A DNA stretch of 64,000 nucleotides from Lama guanicoe (lineage: Eukaryota). The stretch lies in contig MU053934.1 of assembly GCA_013239625.1 (NCBI GenBank), positions 10,393,003 through 10,457,002 on the forward strand. Reading direction: 5' to 3'. This document shows positions 22,400 to 35,654 of the stretch, in pieces (the first letter of the stretch is position 1; each line of letters starts with the position of its first letter). Both the position numbers and the translations under genes were made by a program. The notes under the pieces are model-generated. The model searched no databases. It was not told the origin of the DNA and saw only the letters and a program-made list of their open reading frames with translations.

Positions 22400-23620
22400 G
22401 GCCAGCCTGTGCCCAGTTCTCCTCTCCAGATGTAACTTCACTTGCTGTTTCTTGTGAACCTTGGAAAGTAAGTCCATGCACAGACACGCTTATGTACCTG
22501 TGGTTATTTTACTTTTTACACAACTGTACACTTTTTGCACAAATGGCAGCACGTTGCATCTGCTGTTTTTGCTTTATTCACCTGACAATGTGTCTTGGAG
22601 ATGGAACCACGTTGTCATGTAAAACTGCCTCATTGAATTTTTTCTAAATTGAAGTATAGTCGATTTACAATTTTGTGTTCGTCTCTGGTGTGCAGCATGG
22701 TTATTCAGTTATCCACACACACGTGTATTATTTTTCATCATAGTTTACTGCAGGATATTGAATCCAGTTCCCTGTACTGCACATAGGTCCTTGTTGTTTA
22801 TCTATTTTATACACAGTAGTGTGTGTCTTCTAATCCCAAACTACAATTTACCGCTCCTCCCCTCTGCCCCCTCACCAGTAACCATAAGTTTGTTTTCTGT
22901 CTGTGAATCTGTTTCTGTTTTGTAAATAAATTCACTTCTGTCATTTTTTTAGATTCCACATATAAGTGATGTCATATGATGTTGGTTTTTCTTTATCTGA
23001 CTTACTTCACTTAGTATAATGATCTCCAGGTCCGTCCATGTTGCTGCAAATGGCATTATTTCACTCCTTTCTACGGCAGAGTAGTATCCATTGTGTGTGT
23101 GTGTGTATGTGTGTCGCATCTTCTTTATCCAGTCATCTGTCAGTAGACATTCAGGCTGCTTCCATGTCCTGGCTGTTGTAAACAGTGCTGCTCTGAATAT
23201 TGGGGTGCACATATCTTTTGAATTAGCGTTCCCTCCAGACATATGCCCAGGAGTGGGACTGCTGGATCATACAGTAGGTCTGTTTTTAGCTTTTTAAGGA
23301 ACCTCCATAATGCTCTCCATGGTGGCTGCGCCAGATTACAGTCCCACCAGCAGTGCGGGGCGGGGGGCCCTTCTCCTCACACGCTCTCCAGCATTTTGCC
23401 TTGTTGCTTTGAATGGACGCCCAATATCCTGTTACATGAATGCATAGCAACTGGTTTTGCGAGTCATGGACTAATGGGCTTTCATGGTGTTTCTAATCTT
23501 TTGATGTTACTAACAGTGCTGTGAATAACATCTTGGCAGACGTGCCATTTTGCAGATGTGCTAAAATACCAGTAGGATAAATTCCTGGAGGTGTAATTAC
23601 TGGGTCTAAGGGCAAATTTG
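22400..23620 (-). mobile_element. Old L1ME-like 3' fragment interrupted by a younger L1
   Basis: ttattcacctgacaatgtgtcttggagat...; resumes ...gtaggataaattcctggaggtgtaattactgggtctaaggg. Confidence 0.55.
22638..23392 (-). mobile_element. Cetartiodactyl L1 3' end including ORF2 C-terminus
   Basis: ORF 22949..23242 encodes CTPIFRAALFTTARTWKQPEC...FAATWTDLEIIILSEVSQ; 3'UTR ttgaagtatagtcgatttacaa. Confidence 0.92.
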
Positions 23621-24229
23621 ATGGGTGTCGTTAATCAGAGAGGTTGAACCAATCAGCCCACTCTTCTGGGTCATCTGTTGTTCCTTCTCATTCCTTCTCC
23701 CCTTTTGTGCCCCCCACCCCCATATTGCAAGGGTCACAGCCTGGAAACGACTTTCCCCAAACCTTTTGACAGCGGAGATCTTGTTCAGTGCCTGCCAGCG
23801 AGGGCACTGGTGTGAACTGCAGAAGCCCAACAGAAGGAGAAGTTGGTGTGGGCGAGGGTGGGAGGTGGGGGTTTCAATAAGACCTGGTGTGCGTTTGCCA
23901 GTGGTTCTCAGGTGTGGTTCCCTGCGAACCCCACAAGTGCACAGCTAGGGTCTGCAGTGGGCTCCCTGCAGCTTCTGCTCTCCTGAGATTCCCGGACACT
24001 CCAGAAGCTTCCCTGCCCTTTACTCTTTCTGACAGTTCTGTGAGCCTGTAAGTGCCTGCGTGAAGTCTGCTCCTGACTGACGTACCTGGAGCGTGTTCCG
24101 TTTCCAGGCTCACCGCTGGCTGGTACACAGTAGAATTTGTAACAGTGCCTGTGGCTCTGTCTTCTAACCACCAAGCACTTGCCAGCGTTTCGTCGGCGTT
24201 TGATGAGATCAAACGGAAACTGACGGTGT

Positions 24230-26300
24230 CAAACTGAAAATGCCGCCTCCTGCAGTTTTAATTTCGGAAGTGCGCGTGTGAGGCCGGACAGTCTTCGTGT
24301 GCTTAATGCTGTTTGTCCTTCCTTTTCCGTAAACTGGGCTCATGGCCTCGGTTTGCTTTTCTCTTGTCCTATTAGTTTTCTTACCGATCTGAAGAACTCC
24401 TTTTTTTTGGATGAAGAAGAAATAACACTTTGTGACATAAATTCCGAGCCCTTTCCCCGGTTTGTAGTTTGTCTTTTGATTTGGCTTATAGATTTCTTGA
24501 CGTGAAGGTTAAAATAATTCTTTTGCCATCAAACTCGTTTTCTTCTTTGGACTCCAGGTTTTGTGCTGCCTGCGTGTGGCCGAGGCAGGACCACCCATGA
24601 TTCCGTGTGCTTCCCGACGACCCTCTGCTCCCCTGAAGCTCCACCGCGAGCTCCTGCGGTTCTGCGCATCGTCCCACCGTGATCTGTCCTGGCCCAAGAC
24701 GTGAGCGCGAGCGTCTCCTCCTGAGGGCACCGCCGCTGCGTCGGGCCTCCTCCGGGCCCCCGCCCTGCGAGTGGCCCCACGTCCCGATGCGTTCATGTCC
24801 CTGATTGCAGGCTGCTCTGTGGACTGCAGTCTCTGCCATTCCAAAGTGCCTTTTTGGTTTGGCATAATCCCTCTCGTCCCCTCTCCGACATCGGTTGCCA
24901 GCCTGCATTTTTTTATGCGTTTTTCTTGGACGCATCGCTCTTTAACCCGAGTCGCGTTGTTTTCCAATCATCTCAGGACGGAGCCTGTGTTTTCCTTCCT
25001 GGCCCAGTTTTACCCTCTTTCTGAGGCGCCCTCTGTTGTCGTCAGATTTTCTGCTTTTGATCACGTCTGAAGAATGTCCGTCACTGCAGGTCCTTGGTGT
25101 CCTTTCGCTGTGTTGTCTGTGTTTAGTGTGCAGGAGTTTGCCTAGTGGCCGCCTCGTGGTTCTGGCTTGGTTTGCTCCGCTCCGTCCTTTACTGACGACA
25201 CACGATGGGAAACTACGGCACAAGCACGCCTCGGCTTCCTCTGCAGCGTTGCTTGGTTTCCCTTTTCCCTCTCAGAGTCTGCGGCTGTGCGTCCCCACAT
25301 CCTTGCACACCTAGCAGCTGACTTACCAGACTGAAGCACATTTTGTCTCTGGTCATGACGCGTGAGGAAGTCCGTGTTACTCTGGCACCCCTCGAACGAC
25401 CTACCCTTTCTCTTCCAGCCTCTGAGAGTCTCAGGGTTTCTCAGCTGTGCTCATACTTAACACTTACAGCTTCTCTGGTAGCTAACACCCCGCAAGCGTT
25501 TTCGTCTCCCTCCTAGTTAGCCGCGCGCGTGTCTCACCGCCGTGCCTCCGCTCCGCTGCCGCCGCACGTCTCTCGCCCAGAGCTGCCTTCCTGTGGCTCC
25601 TGCAGGATGAGCTCGTTTTAAGGCTTTTCCTCTGGATGCTGAAATTTCAAAACTTCTTTGTCTTTTGTCTTTGTGCTTGGACGGCGGGTGGGCTGGCTGC
25701 GAAGCTCGTGGGCCCCCGTCTCCCCTTTGAGGACGCGGCGGGCTTCATCGTCTGATGCCCGCGCGGGTGTGTCATGGAGACGGCTGAGGCCGGGCTACTG
25801 GCCTTCCCTTTCCGTGGCTTGGTTTTTCCCTCTGGCTGCTGAAGTAATGCTTTCCTCATCTGTAACCTCGAGCAACCTTGCTAGCATCTTTTGCCAGTTT
25901 TTCCCCTGAGACATGCGCCTTTCCCTCTGTAGACTCCAGTCCTGTTTCCTGACGAGAGTTGTTCTTGAACGGTATTAGATATTCTCCTGTTTGACTAACT
26001 TGCTCTCTCCTTCGGAGACGCCAGCCCTGTCTGTCCCCCTGTCATCTCCCGCGTCTGTGGGCTTCCACCCCACTTGCTTGCCTTTCTCGGCCTGTTCCGT
26101 GTCTGTCGCCATGCTGTCCTCAGTGTGTGCATTTGTCTCCGCACCACGTTCAGCTGGGTTTGCGCTGCAGGAGTGGCTTTACGTATTCCTTGCGCTTTCT
26201 TCCTGTGTGCTGCCGCTTTTCGTCCACCTCCTCTTGGTTTTCTCTCCATCCTTTACCTCTGCTTTGGGCTCTTGTACGTATAGAGCTGACTCCCCATTAA
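24230..26300 (-). mobile_element. Highly diverged, GC-shifted ancient L1M/HAL1-like fragments
   Basis: L1M-like antisense motifs (ccctttccccggtttgtagtttgtcttttgatttgg; gcttggacggcgggtgggctggctgcgaagctcgtggg resembling the ORF1 3' region). Confidence 0.45.
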
Positions 26301-26919
26301 ACTGAACATGTCCCCTGACCGCGGCGAAGTGTCTGCTGTGTGTTACAGACCAGCAGAGAGTCTCCTGAGGGCTCAGGCTGCGTGGCTGTGGTTCTGCGTC
26401 TCCCTGGCCGCACTGGGGGCCACACTTATTTCACAGCAGAGCCCCTCCCCGGCCCAACCCTTTACGAAACGGCTTCCTGCCAATGGAGCATCTCAGTGGG
26501 ACGCCCGGTTCAGTCCCGTCTTTCTCTTCTGGGAACCTGCCAGCTTGGTGCAAGGATGCTCTGTCACAGGTCTGTGTCTGGGTCCCCTCGTCCAAAACTG
26601 GTGGAAAGTCCTCGCCGTGGTGTAGGCTTCCCTCTGACACCTGCCCCGACAGGCAGCCCTTCCTGGCCCCTTTCCCTGCGTCTGTGCGACCCACTGTGCG
26701 TGGCAGCCCCCCGGCACCGAGGTTCAGGCCTACACACACTTCTGTGTTTCATTTTCTTCTGTGCTTTGTGGTTAATGCCTAAAAAGAGGCAGGGGGAACC
26801 GCTGTCTTTCCCTTGCCATTCGAAAACCTGCTTTTATTTTTATTTAACTCTGCCTTGCATGGTTTGTTAGTGAAGCTGAATACTGATCATATATTCTCAA
26901 TAAGGAATTTACAGAAATC

Positions 26920-27290
26920 AAGTAAAAAAGTTTCTTTTGTCTAGCACAGGGAACTAGGTTCAACATCTTGTAATTTTTTAATGGAAAAAATATGAAAACC
27001 AATCTATATATGTGTGCGCCTGGCTGGGACATCGTGCTGTGCATCAGATTCACACATCGCAGCTGACTGTACTTCAATTAAAATTTTTAAAAAATTAAAA
27101 AAAAGCATAGTGAAAAAGAATCTGAAAAAGGATATGTGTATGTGTATGTGTATTTATGATTGAACTATTACGCACACCAGAAATTGACCCACCACGGCAA
27201 ACTGGCTATACTGAAAAAAGAAAAAGAAAAAAAAATAGAAAGAAAGAAAACTAAACAAAAAAGAGAGAAAACTGAAAAAAAAAAAAAAGA
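26920..27290 (+). mobile_element. Two adjacent cetartiodactyl L1 3' ends, each with an A-rich tail
   Basis: tagcacagggaactaggttcaacatcttgtaa...ctgactgtacttcaattaaaa, then tgaaaaagaatctgaaaaag...cacaccagaaattgac...aactggctatactgaaaaaa. Confidence 0.8.
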
Positions 27291-29253
27291 GCCCCGTGTG
27301 GCGTGGGAACGGCCTCATCGCTGTCCACCCTGCAAGTCGTGAAGCCCTGAGCCTCCTGCGTGGGGAAGGAGACCCCAGGTGCTTCTCAGCCGCGTGAGTC
27401 CCCACAACAGCCGGCTTCAGCTGATGGCCACAGCAAGGACGGCAGAGGGCTTGTCACAGTGACTAAGCCCCACTTGAATGAATTAGATGCGGTTTTCTCG
27501 AAGCAACCACGTAAGGACACAACGTGACGACCTCAAGGACACTCCGAGTCCTCGTTAAGGAGCTGACGGGGCCCCGGGAGTGTTCCTCAACTTGGTCCCG
27601 GTCCCCTTTGCCGTCCTGACTCTTGAGTCCCATGCAGACCCTGTCCTGGGCTCCCTGCTGTCCCAGGTGCTGAGCCATCGCAGTGGATGGGCCTCATTCC
27701 AGTGGACCAGAGCCCTGATGCTCATCGTGAAACCCTCGGAATCCTCTGCAGCATCCCGAGGTCACACTTTGACCCCGGGATCTTCACCTGCTCCTTGCAT
27801 TTACCGACCGCGACCCTGTGCAGGGCTGTGGGTCGCACGCCCGTCCGCTCCTGCTCTGTGCCGAACCTCAGTGCAGCACCTGCCTCCTGGCCTCGTGTTC
27901 GCGGCTCACCTGCGCTTCTATGGTCTCCACGGCAGCGGAGGGAGGTTTTAACCTGCTTGTGGTGCTTTATCAGGTACAACCTGTGTCCGGCCTCACTGCT
28001 CCTGTGGTGAGGAAGCCCCTCCGAGGTGTCTCGCGTCTCATGTCCCCATGCCTCAGGCCAGGCCCCTGGGGTTCATCACTGATCACATTTTGTGAGACGT
28101 GAGCCTCCCTGGTCACTGGGGCTGCGTCCTGTGTTTGCTGCAGCTTGGCCTCCAAAGACTGGCCTGAATGCACTCAGGCAAAGCTGTGTGGGTTCCCGGG
28201 CCCCTGCCCCAAATATAAGCTTCTAGATCACCTCTGTAGAAGCTCTGAGAGCACGATGTGGACACTGGTCTGTCTGACGCTTCCAGGATGCTGGCGCCCA
28301 CCTGCGCTCAGACCAGGATCCGACAGGTGGCTGTGCTGGATGATGGGATGCAGGGCTGGGGGTCCCCAGCCCAGTGCCCGCTCCCAGGACGATCACGTCC
28401 AGCGGGCAGACGGGCCCTCCTAGTTATGTGACACCCGTGTGGGCGCCTAGGACCCAGTGCTCTGTCGGAGCTTCTGGTGGAGGGTGGGCGACGGGGCAGC
28501 TGGTGCCCGGGCTGACATGGTCGGGCGTGTTGGAGAATGGATGGGGGCCCAGGCGTGGGTGGGACAGTGGTTTCCAACAGTGTTTGCAGGAAGGCCTGAA
28601 CTGGGGTGGCTCTGCTGATGGTGCGGAGGGCCGGGGAGGTCAGGGTGGGCCAGTGCTGAGGAGGGGGAGGTGGCGGGGCCCGTGCCCAGCTGAATGAGGG
28701 GTCTGTGCATGTAACTGCTAGGAACCCACTTCCCTCCCAGTGCCTGGCTTTGAGTCACAGAGACAAGGGGAGGGCGCTGGGCAGTCCACACCCTGTCACC
28801 CACTCTCGACCAGGACGCTGTGGTGCCGAGATCTGGCTAACCTGACGGGGCCCTGCTGGGCGGCTCTGAGAGCAACCTTGAAACATCTGTCTTTTGCATG
28901 AGAAACACCACGAACAGGGAGGTGGGCACAGATTTACAGTGAGGAGGAGGGAGGGGGAAGGAGATACCCCATCCTGGGCTCCCCCCATCCCGAATATCAG
29001 GGTGCAGGAAGGATTCAAGAGAGGACATGCAGGGCGCACTGGTGCTGACAGCGAGGGGGCTTAGGCACACGCCAGCCGGGCTCTTTGAGGACAAGAACAC
29101 CATTTTCCCTTCACTGCGGGGCTTTCAAATGAATTTATTACAATTAGAGAGAATGCATTAATTCTCACACACGTGCGATTTAAACCTTGGCAGGAGCAGC
29201 CCGGGCAGCTGGGAGCTGAGGGTGGTGAGGACCAGGCTCTGCCCCTCCTCACC

Positions 29254-29485
29254 CCCCGACCCCGGGCCTGGCTCGGTACCCGGTACCCACACCTGCGGGG
29301 GCTCGTCCCCACCTCCGGGCCTGGCTCGGTACCCGGTACCCACACCTGCGGGGCCTCGTCCCCACCTCCGGGCCTGGCTCGGTACCTGGTACCCACACCT
29401 GCGGGGGCTCGTCTCCACCTCCGGGCCTGGCTCGGTACCCAGTACCCACACCTGCGGGGCCTCGTCCCCGACCCCGGGCCTGGCT
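29254..29485. repeat. 53-bp GC-rich minisatellite, ~4.3 copies
   Basis: Unit ccgggcctggctcggtacccggtacccacacctgcgggggctcgtccccacct starts at 29262, 29315, 29368, 29421 and 29474 (partial). Confidence 0.97.
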
Positions 29486-32400
29486 TGAATCGCGCCACCC
29501 GGGAGGGCTAGGCCAGAACTCAACGCCCTGGGTTCCGGGGCTGGTGCTTCAGCTGAGCCGCCGTCCTGGGTGTCCTTGTCGGCACAACGTGTCGCGTGGA
29601 CTGGATCCGCCCACGTGTTGATTCGCCGGTTCCCTGGACGTCTGTGCTACAGAGGAGGCAAGACACAAAACTTTCCCTGCAGCCTGCACCGCAGCGCTGG
29701 CCACGCGACGCTCCCCTCCCACAGGAACAGATGCATGGAAATGACGGCCCCGAGGCCGAGCCCCCGCCTCGCAGCCCTGGTCTCTGGGGCTCGTGCTGGG
29801 AGCGCCTTCTGATACGGACCTGATCTTGATCGTTGGGGGGGGGCAGTGTCCCTTTGAGTCCCAAATAACCTGTCCTTGTGTTTCGCCGCAGGAGGCTGGA
29901 GGCTGGGGCTGTCTTTCTCCGTGTCCGTCCATCTCTGCCAAGGAGGCCCCCACTGTCTTCCTGGAACGCAGAGCCTTGAGCTTGCAAAAGCTCAGTTGCT
30001 TCCATCACAGAGGGAGGGGCACCAGCCCCGGGGGTTGTAACTCTGCCTCTGGGCAGGAGTCTGGACGGTGTGGGTGACGCGCTAGACCCGGGCAGTTAGG
30101 GGCTGCTTTCCACGGGGGCTGAGGCACAAGACCCTTTAGTCTCTGCCTCCTTCCTGCTCGTCCGGAACTTCGTCTCCTGGGGATGAAAGAGCACACGGCA
30201 GCCTGGTCAGGAGAGGGCGGCCTCCCCTGGGGTGGGAGCCGGAACGGGCGGGGCTCTGGCCCTCACAGGGGGTCTGATGGGGGAGGCGAATTTAATCCAG
30301 GAGTCACATGTGCAGATGTCAAACCCACCCGGGCCAGGGCCGTGAGAGGGACCCAGTGCCGTGGGAATAATGGGGGGAGGGCATCACCAGGAACGTTGAC
30401 GGGGCCCCCAATTGGGCACAGAATATTCCAGAACGAAGGCGTGCTGTGTGCCCACGCCCTGAGCTGCACACAGTGGGGTGGGATTAGGAACCAGGGGCGG
30501 TCAGGCAGAAGTGGAGCCTGGGGCCGGTGAGGCTGGAGGCTTGAAGGTTCCGTCTTCATCCTGGGAGCCCTAGGAGGCTCTCGGAGGAGGGCAGCCCTGT
30601 GATAGGGTTCACGTGTCTTCAGAAGGGCTGCCTGGAGGGGGAGGTGGGCCAGGGCGGGGTTACCTGATGGGTGGGCAGGACCAGAGACCCCGAGGACAGG
30701 CCCAGACATTTGTGCCTTGAAAACATCACAGGAGGCTGGAATCTTACCTACAGCCTCAGTCATCCCCCGGCTCCCTGGAGAAACCGAGTCACAGAAGAAA
30801 GGGCCACACAGTCAGCGTGAGACCCCACACCCATCTCCTGGCTCAGGGACAACATTTGTCCCACTAGGGACCCTTCCAGCTCTGAGCTTTGCAGCTCAAG
30901 TCTCCTTCTGTGAGCAACCGAAGTTCCCCCTCCAGGGCCCAGCAGCCCCTCTGCACCGACCACAGCCTGCATCCTGGTCTCCCAGCCTCTGGCCTCAGGC
31001 CTTTCCGCCAGCTGCCCCACGGCGCCACAGAGAACCTGGCTGTGCCGCGGGGGTATGAAATCACCCAGGGACGCCCTCTCTGCCGCCAGACCCTGTGCGT
31101 TACATCATGTTGGTCCACCACTCTGGGCTTGGCCTCTCCGATGGCCGCACGGTGCCTCCCACGCCCACCGCCTCCTGGCCGGGGCCGGGCGCATGCAGAC
31201 GCCTGGAAGATGCCTTTCTTCAGGCCTCGTGCTTGGCGACGTCTCTTCTCCGTCTGGCACGGCTCCTGGGCTTCCTGCAGCCTCAGCCCCGCCAGGACTG
31301 CCTCCCAGCCTCCCTCTCCCACCACGCGGGGTCCGGGCGTGGCCTCTGGGTCCCACCGCGCGCTGCTTACTCTCCGAGAGGCCTCCCCATCGGCAGACAC
31401 GGCCGAGGAGGTGCTGGGGGATCGGGACGGAGGCGATGAGTGAGCGGACCCGTGGGGCCTCCAACTCACTCGGACCGTAAGTCTGGGCGCTCTCCCCTGT
31501 GGAGCCTTGCGGAGCCCCCCTTCAATCCCTCCCACCCCCACGGGTGCCCGGGCGCGAGAGCAGGGCCTGAGGGAGCACAGGCGGCGTCTCGCCAGGATCC
31601 GGGACGACACACCTTTCTTTCCGATCGCGGACGGTGTCTGCAGTATTTCGTAACTGGTGCGATGAACAGACCCGATTTTCCAAGGTGTTCGGGAGGAACT
31701 CAGTTTTAAAGACCACGTCCTAACAAGCGGAATGGGGGAACCTGCTGAGAGCCGCCGCCGCTCGCTGTCGGGAAACGTGCCGGAGCCATGGCTGATTGTG
31801 AAGAGGGTCCTGCTGCCCACCGCGCGGGAGACGGGGATGCACGCTTATTGAACATGTTTCTGAGGTTTAATTTCGAGAGAAGGATTCGTTTCATGTAACT
31901 GTGTCCTCCGAAGGGCTGCCAGCGCAGGGCCACCTGTGGGGGCCTTTCCCCTGACGCCACAGGGGCCGCGGCTGCGCCGGCGAGAGTGGGAGAGGAGGCA
32001 CACGGTGGGGACGCGGGGCGGCGTCCGTCCCCAGTGCTAAGCCGGCCTTTGGGCTGCTGACACCAGTTTTGCACCCTTGACCTGTGGGGTTGGATGTTCA
32101 CTGTATCCACGGGGAGTCCTGGGGGCCATGACTTTCGTGGCGGCAGAGAAGAGCTGGCTTATCAGGACTGTGCGCCCTTAAGGGCCTCCAGAGCCACTGA
32201 GCCCTGTTCTGTTTTCATGGGGTTCTCTAGAGGGGAGAGGGCCCCAGAGCTCCCCAAGAGGGCGGGGCGAGCTGGAGGCACTGCCGGGCTGCCCGGGGCC
32301 CTGCCCACCACGGGGGGCTCTCCTGACCGCGCGGCCCGAGTCCTGGGCTTGGGAGTATCGGCCAAAGTAGCCCCCCCGGGGGCTCCCTGTGGGCGGCTCC

Positions 32401-32525
32401 CCCCCAGCCTTAAGCCTCAGTTCACGTCACCTGCATCCAGGGACCCCTCCTCCCTTCCACCGTGGGCAGACCAAGGTGACCCTTTCCTGTGGTGCCCCCA
32501 GATCCCCTGGGTTGCTGTTTTACAA

Positions 32526-32590
32526 CAAGATGGTAAATTTTATGTATGTTACCACAATTTTTTATAAAAGAAAGAAAATTTAAAAAAACA
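32526..32590 (+). mobile_element. Tiny L1MB-like 3' tip with A tail
   Basis: aagatggtaaattttatgtatgttaccacaat followed by an A-rich tail. Confidence 0.6.
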
Positions 32591-33568
32591 CCAAATAAAC
32601 AGAAAAAGATAGTTCAGATGATTCTCTCAGGGCTTAGACATCAGTTTGAAATTTGTTAAAACACTTAACAAGGCCTTTTTGCAGGTGGAGAGTGGCCCGT
32701 GTGACCTCCACTGTGAGCAATATAAAGGGTGCAGTGCAGGATGGAGTGATGGCTGTGCTTGAGCAAGCCACACCTGAAGGTGTCTTTACTCTAAAGGAGC
32801 TTCCTAGGAGAAAGGTGCTCCAGGGAGGCAGGCAGATGCTGGCAGTGCCAGGCCTGTCTGCATGGATGGACTCTTACTTGGGTCCCCGAAGACAGAAATG
32901 CTTTTGAATCCACCTTCTAATGGGGCCTCCTAACTCCCATAGTTTTCTACCATACTTCTGGCCAACATGGAACTCTGGGCAGCTCTGAATCCTTTCGGGA
33001 AACAGCTCAGAGGGAGCTCAGCTGGTATGTCAGGCTAAAGCTGGCTTCAGAAATGATGGCCAGATCCCTGCCATGCTGACATCAAAGGCCATCAGAGGTG
33101 CTGGCTCTCGGGAGGTGCCGAGCTCCCCCGTGGGGGTCTGGAGAGCATGCACGGCTCGCCGGATGCTGGCCTCAGCTTCTCCCTGGACCGTGCCTTGCAC
33201 CCGTGTCGGATTACCCCCACCAGCCACCTGAAGTTCTCTGCAGGGATTCTGCCTCCAGAGCCAGCGGTGAGGATGGAAACAGAGCTGAAAGCTGCCATCC
33301 TCCAGGAGACCCGGGCATCCCCGTTCCCTGGGTCCTGCCGAGATGAGAAGCGCGGGGGCCCCTCCGCGTCCCTGGGGCTCTGCCTGTGCTCTCCCCTGGC
33401 AGGAGCCTGACACCCCACCCTCTTCTCGGGCTCGCCTCCCTTCACCCCCAGGTTTGCACCTGCTCGCTCCACCCAAGGTTGGCCCTGGTTTTCACCACCA
33501 AAGCCTGGGGTGCAGGGCCTGCCCAGGACCAGGCATCCGTTAGGGGCAGGCTGGAGGGGAAGCCCACG

Positions 33569-34030
33569 TGTTGGGGGCGGAATAAGGACCCCAGAGATGC
33601 TCATGTCCTAGTCCCCGGAAATTGTGCCTGCGTTTCCTTACAGGGCAAAGGGACTCTGCAGACGTGACTCAGTTCAGGGCCTCGAGATGGGGAGGCGGTC
33701 CTGGGCTATCTGGCGGGTCCAAAGTCACAAGCATCCTCGTGAGAGGGAAGCAAGAGGGTCAGTGTCAGGGGGGAGATGTGATGACGGACGCAGAGAGATC
33801 TGGAGACGCTGCACTGCTGGTTCTGAGGACGGCAGAAGGGGCACCACCCAAGAGGCTGGAAGGGGCGGAGGCAGGCCCTCCCCAGGAGACTCCAGAAGGA
33901 GCCGGCCCCGGTGCACCCTGACTTCAGTGAGGCCCAGGTCAGACTCAGCCTCCAGAGCTTCGAGATGCAACATTTGTGGGGCTGAAGTGGCTGAGTGTGT
34001 GGTCTTTTGTTGGCAGCAGTGGGAGGTCTT
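33569..34030 (+). mobile_element. MLT1D-like MaLR solo LTR
   Basis: gaataaggaccccagagatgctcatgtcctagtccccggaa, ggcaaagggactctgcagacgtga, cctccagagct, tttgttggcagcag. Confidence 0.85.
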
Positions 34031-34080
34031 GGCCGCTCACTGCTGCCCCCTGGTGGCCATGCCTGCTACTCCTGGTCCTC

Positions 34081-34129
34081 CCGGGTTCCCTCCCCCGTGC
34101 CGGGTTCCCTCCCCCGTGCCGGGTTCCCT
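34081..34129. repeat. 19-bp tandem repeat, ~2.6 copies
   Basis: ccgggttccctcccccgtg at 34081, 34100 and 34119 (partial). Confidence 0.9.
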
Positions 34130-34427
34130 GGGCGCACACCATGTGCCCACGTTCCTGCCCATCGTGCCCTCCAGTCCTCACGGCGAGAGCCAGGCCATCC
34201 TGTCCCTATTGGTCTGGGGCCTGGGGAAGCCGAGTGGCATCTCGGGTCCCAGAGGCGGTCAGTCCAGGAGCAGAGCTTTGAACTCAGATCTGTCCGAACG
34301 CCAGTCTCGCGTTACAGCTGCCATGGGAGGGACGGGGTCTCCCCACCCCATTCTCCTGTTCTGGGCTCACAAAGGGCGGAGCAGCACCAGCCCCGAGTGG
34401 GGGTGGCAGGGGTGTGGTGGGAGGGGA

Positions 34428-34545
34428 ACTTGTTGGAAATGCAGACTCTCAGGGCCCGCCCAGACCGGCTGCAGCAGATCTGGGGATCGGCCCGGGGTCT
34501 GTTTCTCTAGGTGGGGCCGCTGTGTGCTCGAGTCTGAGGGTAGCT
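34428..34545. mobile_element. MER5A-like hAT MITE fragment
   Basis: acttgttggaaatgcagactctcagggcccgcccagacc...tgctcgagtctgag. Confidence 0.55.
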
Positions 34546-35654
34546 TGGACTGTGCCCAGTCCCCTGTGGGGCTCAGCCGACCTCTCACACACCCCCTCAT
34601 CTGTGGACCCCTCCAGCTCCGAGCGCAGCCCCGGCCGAGGCCTGGAAGCCCTGCGTTAATTAACAGTTTTATCTCAAAAAGTCATTCTCTCTCTGTCCAA
34701 GCACAAGAGCGTCTCAGACAATCTCTTCTAGAAAACAAGAGCTCTGCACTTCAACTTGGCCAAGGGGAGGAGATTTGTTAGGAAATCTGAAAAAGGAGGA
34801 AAGGGCAGGTGAGAGTGTTCACTCACTGGGCAACTGAGTGCTGTCAGCGAGGCCCACGTGCTCGCAGTGGAGACACAGGGGGATCTGACAGTGTCCCTGC
34901 CCTTGAGAACTCGAGTCAGGAGCCCCCCCCATGCACACCGGCCTGCCTGGCATCTGCCTGCCTCCCAGGGGTGCCCTCCCTCGGTGAAACATTCTTTAGA
35001 GCAATGGCGCCTTCAGGTCTGGCTTGCTCAGGCTCGGCCCTTGCTCTGTTCTGTGCTGCACCCTTGTGATCATCGGCTGATGGCCCCGATCACAGTGGCG
35101 GCCACCTGGACGGCCATCCACCTGCAACTGAGCGTTGCTTAGTGCTTTCACAAAATCTCAAAGCAATGTGTAAACCCTGAGAGGGTTCAACTGCACTCTG
35201 TATTTCTTTGTTTTCTGCTGAGAAATGAAGAGATTGGGCCGTCCTTGAGCTGGATGTGCATGGAGTGCAGCCTGCTGGAAGTAAGTAGCCTGTCCCCTGG
35301 AAGCGCCAGTGTCTCTGGTTCTTCATGGTCCGCACTGCTCCCTGGGCTCCTGTGTCAGCCCCCGTCCTGCACTCCCGGGTCTGCCACGTCCTCCCTAGGA
35401 GCCTGGGGGCCAACGGGAGTGGGCAGGAACTGGGGGGCTTCCTGGAGCGGTGAGGTGTGGATCCTTGGTAGCACTGGGGTGCAGCAGGAGCGGGGAAGGA
35501 CAGTCGAGGGCACGCTGATGGTCCCGGGAGGATGGGAAGGTCGCTGACGCACTGTGGCAGGTCTGGGTCCCTGGGGTGATGGCAGGAGCATGTCCTTGGG
35601 GGGAGGGGACAGGTGGGCCTGGCCTCCCATCTCCACGATGCTTGTTACTGTCTG

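Noticed and set aside
22170..22487. Met/Glu-rich ORF
   Set aside because: Translation of the (CTCCAT)n low-complexity tract inside an LTR.
29061..29523. Repetitive ORFs in all frames
   Set aside because: Artefact of the stop-poor 53-bp VNTR.
30864..31820. 318-aa minus-strand ORF
   Set aside because: GC-rich region with several overlapping open frames on both strands; no recognisable protein motif.
33624..34781. Longest ORF in the window (385 aa)
   Set aside because: Runs through an MLT1D LTR, a tandem repeat and a MER5-like fragment; low-information G/P/S/R composition; no recognisable domain.
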